From Eledone cirrhosa (taxonomy: Eukaryota), in assembly GCA_964016885.1 (NCBI GenBank), contig OZ024740.1, positions 74,090,001 to 74,154,000 on the forward strand: a stretch of 64,000 bases of DNA, given 5' to 3'. The notes under the pieces are model-generated. The model was given only the letters and a program-made list of their open reading frames with translations. It was not told the origin of the DNA and ran no database searches. Shown in pieces: positions 54,751 through 64,000 of the stretch. How positions within the stretch are numbered: position 1 is the first letter of the stretch; each line of letters starts with the position of its first letter. The position numbers and the translations under genes were made by a program.

Positions 54751-55811
54751 ACCAGATATAAAAATGCGTACAGCAAAAAAAAGTAATATTGTTGGAATAT
54801 AAACCTTTAAAAATACAGGACAAGAAACTAAGATAAAACTTTAAAAGAATAGGACAAGAAACTAAGATAAAACTTTAAAGAATTGGACAAGAAATAAAAA
54901 AATTTTACAATAATATTAGTGGCAAAATTTTTTTATTCGTTTCCTGTGCTATGCCCCAGTATCTTCTTGATTAGTGCATAATAATTGTCATGCTCTCATT
55001 GTACGTTGCCCCTGAGCAGTTGGTTCTGGTTGGGTTGGTTGGTTGAGCAGTTCTGCTCCGTCAGAATGACCATTGCAAGAAGAATTGGCCGATGCAGCTG
55101 CAGGTCTCCTCCAAGAATGCACTTCTGGTCCCGCAACACCAGACGAAGATGGAGAAGACGACCGGGACAAGATGTCGACTCTGACCACCGACTACGGCAC
55201 CTCCCTCAACCACCGGTCCTCCCTCCCTCTGTCCCGTCATCCCTCCAGTCCTCCTGCTCCCTCTTCCTGTACCAGAAAGCTGTGGCACGCATTCATCTGG
55301 ACTGCCGGACTTGAGCTCAAGGACAAGATGCAAGGAGAAGATGGACGGGTTGGTCAAGATCAAGGATGAGCGGGACGACAAGACTGTCTGCTGCTGCTCA
55401 AGATCTGTGCTCATGTGCCCATGGGTCCATTCACATTATGCATGACACATGAGGCGTGTCACCGAATGATGAAATAGGGGTATGGTTATGGCCCAATTGG
55501 TGTTCAAACCAGGATCAAATGATCCCCCCGGTCTGACGACGACCTCTGAATGTGGAACCCAGAGCCTATGAATGTGGAACTCGATTTTTTACCAATAAAA
55601 ATTTTGCCACTAATATTATTGTAAAATTTTTTATTTCTTGTCCAATTCTTTAAAGTTTTATCTTAGTTTCTTGTCCTATTCTTTTAAAGTTTTATCTTAG
55701 TTTCTTGTCCTATTCTTTTAAAGTTTTACTTTAGTTTCTTGTCCTGTACTTTTAAAGGTTTATATTCCAACAATATTACTTTTTTTTGCTGTACGCATTT
55801 TTCTATCTGGT
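54751..55811. repeat. Inverted repeats (about 54751-54930 and 55597-55811) with internal ~34-bp tandem units, flanking a GC-rich core
   Basis: accagatataaaaatgcgtacagc..gtggcaaaatttt is mirrored on the right, where there is one extra unit. Confidence 0.9.
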
Positions 55812-55857
55812 ATATATATGTGTGTATGTATATATATATATATATATATACATACAT

Positions 55858-56265
55858 GAGAGATGACCCCTTAGCCTTTGTCAAGGCAGAATTCTAGGAG
55901 AAGGAAAACTCTGATATAACACCTGCAACTCTGATGGTATCCAATGATGTTGACTTGTTCTTCTTTTTGGTAAATATCATCTTGGTTAAGAGAGTGGGAC
56001 TGGCTTTGTGCAGTGCCTTTGCTCACTATAAAAGCTTCACAGCACAGGCATTGCTTTATATCTGGAGATCTCTCTACACTTGTCGTCACATGGTACCATG
56101 GCCCTAGCACTATGAGTCAATAATTGTCACAAGTGTAGTGTTTGTACCAGAGTTTTCAAGTCTCTGGCTGGACTAAAAAGTCACACTCATTCAGCGCATC
56201 CGTAGGGGTTCTCCTACATGGATATAAAGTAGTGGCCGTACTCGAAAACGAGTTGGCAGCCACCA
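55858..56265 (+). mobile_element. Non-coding RTE 5'UTR-like repeat (copy 3, truncated)
   Basis: Reverse complement of about 5021-5430. Confidence 0.75.
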
Positions 56266-59200
56266 TATATACATATATATGTATAGATATGGTTATGTTT
56301 AAAATAGTAAAGGTTAACACAAGAATGAATCTTATAGCTGTAGTGATTAAATTTCTATTCAAGGTGAAAGCAAAACAAAATATTTCAGGTCTCAGATTTT
56401 AAATGACATTTGTGCAACTGTGGTAACCAACATCAATAGATTTTATTTAACTCCTTAATCCCCACACAATTGTTTTCCTTTAATAGTTTCAATTCTATGT
56501 GCTTGTATTCTAGATACAAATATTTATTTAAATTGCTCTTTCTTTCACTACTACAATGGCTTCTGCTTCTCAGATCTGGCTGGCCTTGTGCTACCTCCTC
56601 TGAAGCATTCCCTCCTCTCATCACTCATATTGTATCCACCCCCAGACACAGTACTAACCACTGTGCCTAGTCCTTCCTCCTAAGAACGTTGTGCCTTTGA
56701 AATTCTCTCCAAATGCATTTCTTTCCTGCAGGAGTTGATCTGCAATAATTTAAACTGCCAAAAATGTATCAGTATGTTTTTGGCCCTCAGTGAGCTAGAC
56801 ATAGGTCCAGACAAAATAGATATAGTACATTTGATCAAATAACGCCAAAATTAACCTATATTCCTGGCCCGAGACAATAAAATATTTTAAAAATCAATAT
56901 TAGATCAAAAATGCACTCAACTAACTATTGCAATTACATTAAAGAGAGACACATCTTATATCAGAATAATGAGTCATAGACCCTTTTTCATCATAATTGG
57001 TTTGAAGAATCCCTGTTAGATACACAAAAGGTACTTGAAGAAAAGGACACTTTATCAACCTTTGGGGATATATATATATATCATCACCTTCATTCAATGT
57101 CCATTTTCCCTGCTAACAAGGACTGGACTAGACATCACAGATCAAGTCAGTACATAATCAGAGATTAAAAAAAAAACTGTCAATCTTACCTAGTTTATTA
57201 TATTAGCCACACCCAGTATACTTGCCATGTATAGTCTGTCATTTAAAAATTATTTCCATGATCACCAGGAATTAAAAAAATCAGATTAGCAGCAGAGCAT
57301 AATCTCAGTAATACAATATAATATGTATGCGTACATATATAAAAATAGATACACACACATTACAGGCTTCTACAGAGTTTCCATTTACCAAATTTCACTG
57401 ACAAGATTTTAGTCAGCTTGAAGCTGTAGGAGAAGACACTTGTCAAAGGTACCAGGCAGTAAAATCTTTCTCAAAACAATGTGGTTGCAAAATGAAATTC
57501 TGAACCTTCACAATTGTGCCTGCATCCTATTATATGGCATAAATTCTTTTTTTTTCAGAGTAAATAAAGGAAATGTTTAGCCATTAAAATAGACTTTTAC
57601 TACATAATATTATCTCCACTGTAGCTTCTTTTTGTCTATTGTAGTGGAGATGAGAAGTGTCTGACAAATTATCTGCTAAATGAAAGTTTTGGTGACAATA
57701 TTTATATCCAATTAAAGAACAAGTTAGAGCTAATGAGGAAGATACTATAACAAACATGGCCTTAGAGCCATGTCAACCTCCCACATACATACACACAAAT
57801 GCATGAACACTACAGTTACTCATATATTATAAAAGACATCCTCAACATCACATGCACACACACACACACAAATGCATACATACAAATGTACAAATTTGTA
57901 CAAATGTCATACTTTAATATATGAGGGAAAAACAACCTCAACATCACATACATAGACTACATACCTAAGCATACATACTACAGTCATACATTCATATATT
58001 ACATGCAGTAACAATATATGCCTGAAATAATTGTTACCTAGTATAGAAAACACATATGTACACACATACATAGACACGCACACACACATAAAATAAAATA
58101 ATTTTTGCTGTTTTTTCTATAGACAGACTGTTTAAAAAACAAATTTTATAGTTTATTTCTTCACCATCTAACATTGTTGAAGCTGCCATGCAGGAAGTAA
58201 ACTTTCAGTTTACCTATTGTTTAGAGAATGTTGTGAGAGGCATAGAAAGAGAAAGAATGAGCCAGAGAGGGATATAGAAAGAGAAATAGACAGATAGACA
58301 AATAGATGGACCTTCCTGATGCCTGCTTTTGGTTCATTGAACACAACATTGCAAATTAACAAAATTAAAGTAATTCTTATTAAATATACAGTGCTACCAT
58401 AGCTTACAACAGTAAGCTGTATCTACAAATTGGCATAATCTATCTTGGGCTACATTATATGAAAAAGATAGTAGGTTGGTACTTTACTCTTTTGTTATCA
58501 TAGTTCTCATAAGACACTGCCAATAAAATTTTCAAATAATTTTGAAAATAAGCAAGACTTTGAAGGGATTTGGTAATAAAACTAACTTTCTCATTATTAA
58601 GCTGGTGTTTGGAACATAACAAAGTTCTTACATAAAATTATGATGGGAGCTTTAATATAATCATGGAAACTTGAAAACACAGGTTTGTAATGGATAGGTT
58701 GGTATCAAAAGGGTTATAATATTTTCTTGTTACTGGAAAAATGATGACTTTAAAAGACCCAACAAACCAGCTATAAGATACAACCTCATAGGAGGCTGGC
58801 AAAAACTGCAAAGATGTAAACCATCTTCCTTCTTTTGCCTCAAGTAGACATTTTATATGCCTCATCTTGTTGTGAGCCATCATCATTTGCATATGATTTT
58901 CCCTGCTAGCATGGGCTGGACAAAATTTTGAAGAGTCAACATTCTATGTCCAGATGCCCTTCATGATGTTGACCTTATTTATTTTCACTTATTGAGATGC
59001 TAAGAAGCAGAACATATTGTTTATCCAGAACATAAATGGTAAGGACTGTTTTAAGCAATGTCAATGTGAAGGGATAGAAACAATGCCACACATACATATA
59101 CACAACACACATACCTACATATATAGATACACCATACATACATATTGAGGGACTTTCACATGGTTTCTGTTTATCAAATTTTATTTACAAGACATCGGTT

Positions 59201-62036
59201 AGTTCAAGACTACCGTAGAAGGCACTTTTACTTATCTAAGATACCACACAGCAGGATCAAACCCCAAACCACATAGTTGTGAAGTGAACTTCTCAACCAC
59301 ACAGCCATGCCTATACCTCATTACATTACAAATCTCACAACTGTTTAATGAATATTTAGAATATTTTTAGTTTTTTGAGAGAAACATTCACTTCTTTTCT
59401 TTTTCATATTTCCTTGTCTGCATATAATCAGATTTTACATAAACTGTATCCTTTAATAAATTTTATGGATCTTATATAGCAACTCCTTCATTACACTTCC
59501 ATCAGTCTCCCCCCACCCCACATTACACTCATATTCACACATCTCTTCTTCCCCTCTTTTAATCATTGTCCTTCATCTGTTCTCACTAAAGGCCATGTTT
59601 GCCTTTATAATTACATGAAGTAAAGAAGACTCTTTAGCCTTTCAGGAGACAAGGCAAGCTCTCTAGTGCAGGTGCCACAATGAAATGCATCTAGTACACT
59701 CTGTAAAGTGGTTGGTGATCAAACAGAAACAGCATAGGGTAGAGAGTGTTCTTTAGTGATGTCAAGGATGTAACAACTTCTCTAGTGCTGGTGCCATAAT
59801 AAAAGATACCCAAAACAATCTGTAAAGTGGTTGGCAATAGGAAGAACATTTATGGAGACAATAACTCTGATTAAGTACTGGCTTGGATTGTAATGATCTG
59901 TCCAACCCATGCCAATATAGAAAAACAGACATAAAATGATGATGAAGGACACAAAAAAGGATAAAAATATGGAGACTAAGATAGTATTCACCACTTTGTA
60001 TCAGCTGCCAGTGATTGTAGAATTGTTGAAAAGAAAGCATTGAAAGCTGTACTTTAATACACAGAAAATACTTGGTGTTTACATAAATGTAAGGGCTACT
60101 TGCAATAGCAAGGACATTTGTTAAGAGATTGTCTACTTTGGTACAGATAATGATATTAATTCTCACTATACTAATTTATCTTCATTCATTAATCAGCATT
60201 ATCATTATCACTATTATCATTGCTAGCATTATCATTTGGGCATGATTTCTTTTTTTCTTCCTTGCTGCCATGGGTTGGATGTGTCTTTTCAAACATTTCA
60301 ATCAACAATATTCAATTTTCTCAGATTTAATTAATTTCTTAAGAAATGTTTGTGCCTGGAAATGTAGTGTGTCTTTATCAGTGTTTATTGACTGAGAGTG
60401 TGTGGATACAGAAACTTAAATATCTCAAACTGGATTCAAGTGATAGTGGTTTAGACTAGACATCATATGTAAACATGTAACTGTAATATATATATTCATC
60501 AAATCAAAGCGTGTAACTATTGTACACTTCAACATGTAATTTTTAGTCAAGAAGAGAAGAGCAATGCCCATGGCTCTTTTCAGGACCCCTGAAACTGGTG
60601 AGAGGAAAGAAGATATCCTCAAATCAGAGACCTGGTCTGATTGATCACAACAAAATGGACTTCGCTAAAAGAAGCCAAGGAATAGGTACTGATTTTAAAC
60701 TGGATGACAAATTAAGTCAATCACTCAAGTCAATGAAAGCAGGATTTAAGCACAAAATGATATGAGCTGAAACAAACAGGGCAAGACATCTCATCCAATA
60801 TTCTAATAAATCTACCAATTCCCTGCTTTAGACTGGCACTTTACTTTACCCCCCAAATGATGCAAAGTTGACTTTGGTACAATTTGAACTCAGAGCACAG
60901 AGAGCTGGAACTAATACCACAAAGCATTTTGTCCTACACTTTAACAACTCTGCCAATTCATGAAACTTTCATGCTTTAGAAGTTACTATGATTTTATTTA
61001 TAAAAGATGAAGAAATCTATCCAAGAATATGAGCAGGCTAATAGCACCATATAGTATGACAGAGCAATGACATAATTTAATGGGTAGTTGATTGTAAGCA
61101 GTGCTCTGAGTATCTATGTCACTGCAGGGTTAATATAAGCATTATTTTGGTGTCTCTGCTGGATAGTATGTATTGCTAGCTGTTCAGAGGGAGGTGGGTT
61201 GTAGTGAGGGTGTTGGTGGATCTATGTAAGAATAAAGGCTCATTTTCTTTTATGAGCAATGTAGTGTAGTGTGGTTTGGTGAGAGGTCTGGTTGGTATGT
61301 GTTAGAATAAAGGTCCTCCTCCTTCTCATATGGGAGTGGGGAGGTTAGAGAGCATAAGAGAGAAGTGAATATGGAAGTCAATGGGTGGTTGAATGAGAAT
61401 CAAATGATAGTGAAGATCTGACAACTCCCAAGTCACCTCAGTTGTGTGGGCAATATGGTATAGAGAGTGAGAGTGATTCAGACAAGTAAGAGGAAAAGAT
61501 GGGAAAAGGAAGTACAGTATAAACAAATCAATGAGGGGGTGGAGAAAGACAGAGTTAAAAGCGGGGTTGGGGCAAAACAGAGATATATCTCTTAGCCTCA
61601 ACACTACTCTCCTAACCACACTCATTTCATCCTGGTTGCATGGTTGGGGAGGTTCTCTCAAGCACCAGTCAGTATTTTCCTTTGTCATCTTTGCAGTGAG
61701 GTTTAGCTTCTTTAGGCAAGCTTTCACTAAAGGGTCCCATTTTTTTCAAGGTCTGCCTCTTCTGCATAGAGTGCCCTACACTTCTTTACATAGCTGTCAT
61801 CAACCACTTGCAACATATGTCCTTACCAGTGCAATCTCCTCTCTTATATATATATATATATATAAAGTAGCAAAAGGGCTATACCTTTTAATTATATATA
61901 TGTTGAAACTCAACATGCATCAAGTACTACCCTGATTTGTGGTCTTCTCAATCTTTGAACTGTTAATACTTCATTCATGCATATATCATTATGGTAATTT
62001 AATGTCTGTTTTATATATATATATATTATTCATTTC

Positions 62037-62157
62037 ATTAAGGCTAAATAGTGAGTCTTGTTACTCTGGAGTTTCGCCTGTTTATCACAGGGTCACCAGA
62101 CCAAGATGTGATAAACAGGTGAAACTCCAGTAACAAAACTCACTATTTAGCCTTAAT
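62037..62157. repeat. Fold-back hairpin, ~50 bp arms
   Basis: attaaggctaaatagtgagt..tgtttatcaca / tgtgataaaca..actcactatttagccttaat. Confidence 0.9.
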
Positions 62158-62243
62158 AGAATGAATATTAAAACTCTACTTCAGTATTGAGTACTCTTTT
62201 CTTTCAGCAGTCACCTATATATGGGTATATATACATCATGATT

Positions 62244-62625
62244 ATCATCATCATCGTTTAACATCTATCTTCTTCACTAGCATGGGTTAGATGGGTTTGT
62301 GCCATTTGAGGTAAGTTGAGTCGGGTGACCATATCTTGCTCATATAGGACTGTTTCTGGCTGGTTTTCTATGACTGGATGCCCTTCCAAACACCAACCAC
62401 ATTTACAGTGTGTGCTAGGTGCTTTTTGCTGTGTCTCCTACATGACCACTTTACAGTGTGGACTGGGTGCTTTTTGTGGTGACACCAGCATGACCACTTT
62501 TCACTGTGGGCTGGATGTTTTGTCGTACCAACATTACTTTATAGAGTAAGGGTGCTGTGGGCAGAAGTGGAAGGGAGGTGTAGGGCGTGTGGGTGTATAT
62601 TACATTAAAAGGTGCCTACTGGGTG
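62244..62625 (-). mobile_element. Diverged RTE 3'UTR remnant; similar one at about 30800-31130
   Basis: catcatcgtttaac..ggatgcccttcc..tttacagtgtg. Confidence 0.75.
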
Positions 62626-62645
62626 TAATTATATATATATATATG

Positions 62646-62780
<135 letters not shown>

Positions 62781-62800
62781 GTTTATATATATATATACAT

Positions 62801-63102
62801 GGAGGCATATGGCTTAGTGGTTAGAGCATTGGCCTTGCAATCGAAAGGTTGTGAGTTCAATTCTCAGACCGGGTGATGTGTTGTTCCCTTGAGCAAGAGG
62901 CTTTATTTCACATTGCTCCAGTTTACTCAGCTATAGAAATGAGATGATAGGGACTGGGGTCTCTATCATTCCACTGCAAAGTGGTCGTGGAGGTGCCACG
63001 GCAAAAAAGCACCCAGCACTCACTGTAAATGAGGTTGGTGTTAGGAAGGGCATCCAGAAATCATACCATAATCAGTTCCCGTCCCACCCTTGCAAGCAGA
63101 AA
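62801..63102 (+). mobile_element. tRNA-derived SINE with RTE tail
   Basis: Near-identical to 53145-53475. Confidence 0.88.
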
Positions 63103-64000
63103 ATATATATATATGTATATATATATATGTATATATAATTACACCCAGTAGGCTGCTATTACTGTCTTATTTATACACTATTTGTTATTGATGTTGTGTA
63201 AACTAAACTCGAACTAACAACCCCAACTTTTAGAGCAGGCCACCTAAAACTTTAAATACAGAATCTACAACTTCACTTAATATATACTCTAAACACTCAC
63301 TTTATAAATCCCACTAAGTTGATTCAACGAAAATACTTATCTATCATACTATAAATCAATCTCCAGTTTATTGCTAGTGTCCCTTGGGAATCACAGCACA
63401 CCTATATCCCCTACTAGCACACTTAAAATGTAAATTCCCAAATCCTGACTCCAAGTACATTTTAGCAGTCACATCTCCACCCCTTTAACAGTTGTCACAC
63501 ATCAACCTCATACAACTGTATCATATCAGTTCGTTTGCTATATTAGTGCTATCATCACACTATATTTCTTACTTATATTGATGTTATTATTTTAACTATT
63601 CAGTATCTAGTTATTTTATTATTGATATTATTGTTCTGGTCTAACACCACTCTTCTATAAAAGCCATGCGTTGAGTATTTTTTCTTCACTTCCACAAGCT
63701 CTGATGAAACGATTAGGTATAAACAATGTATTGGAAATCGATTGTCGCAACATCAAACAAATAGCGAACTCTAGACATACCAAATCGAAGAAACAATTGT
63801 TAGCAATGTGAATAAAGCCCTTATTGTAAAGCCAACCATGTCACTGTTCTTTCTTGAATTAATATTACTCCAAGTATAACCTGCATAGAAATCACTGTGA
63901 ACTCGCTGCATCACTATGGAAACGTATTGTTGAGTCAAACTAAGCTTTACGCTAACACCATCCACAACACGGAGTACCCTAACTGGACTACATCTATTAC

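Noticed and set aside
56400-61600. Host exons in the quieter AT-rich stretches (also about 32700-36300)
   Set aside because: Only short ORFs with no recognisable motif and old SINE remnants; small exons cannot be excluded without RNA data.
63695-63760. CTGATGA at about 63701 as another hammerhead
   Set aside because: I could not find a consistent stem I or GAAA/stem III arrangement.

Overview
Eukaryotic, AT-rich, repeat-saturated DNA with no recognisable host exon. The SINE and LINE families look like those of an octopod cephalopod (inference). Most of the window is nested mobile elements set in (TA)n/(TACA)n microsatellites: many RTE-clade LINE copies (two young subfamilies plus older decayed ones) whose RT carries an inserted C4HC3 PHD-like finger, one CR1-group LINE, Penelope-like element (PLE) fragments, tRNA-derived SINEs, and hAT and Tc1/mariner remnants. 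There is a 200-N assembly gap. Most Y/I/M/C-rich ORFs in the track are microsatellite artefacts. Main observations, all read by eye: (1) several minimal type I hammerhead ribozyme motifs, some in elements with inverted terminal duplications; (2) a compact decayed cassette at about 53.7-55.8 kb with SGNH-esterase-like and BACK-domain-like ORF remnants, a GC-rich orphan ORF, a hammerhead-like core and inverted ends; (3) a 28-nt array iteratively copied from a LINE's own 5' truncation point; (4) a LINE 5' junction patched from inverted copies of both flanks.
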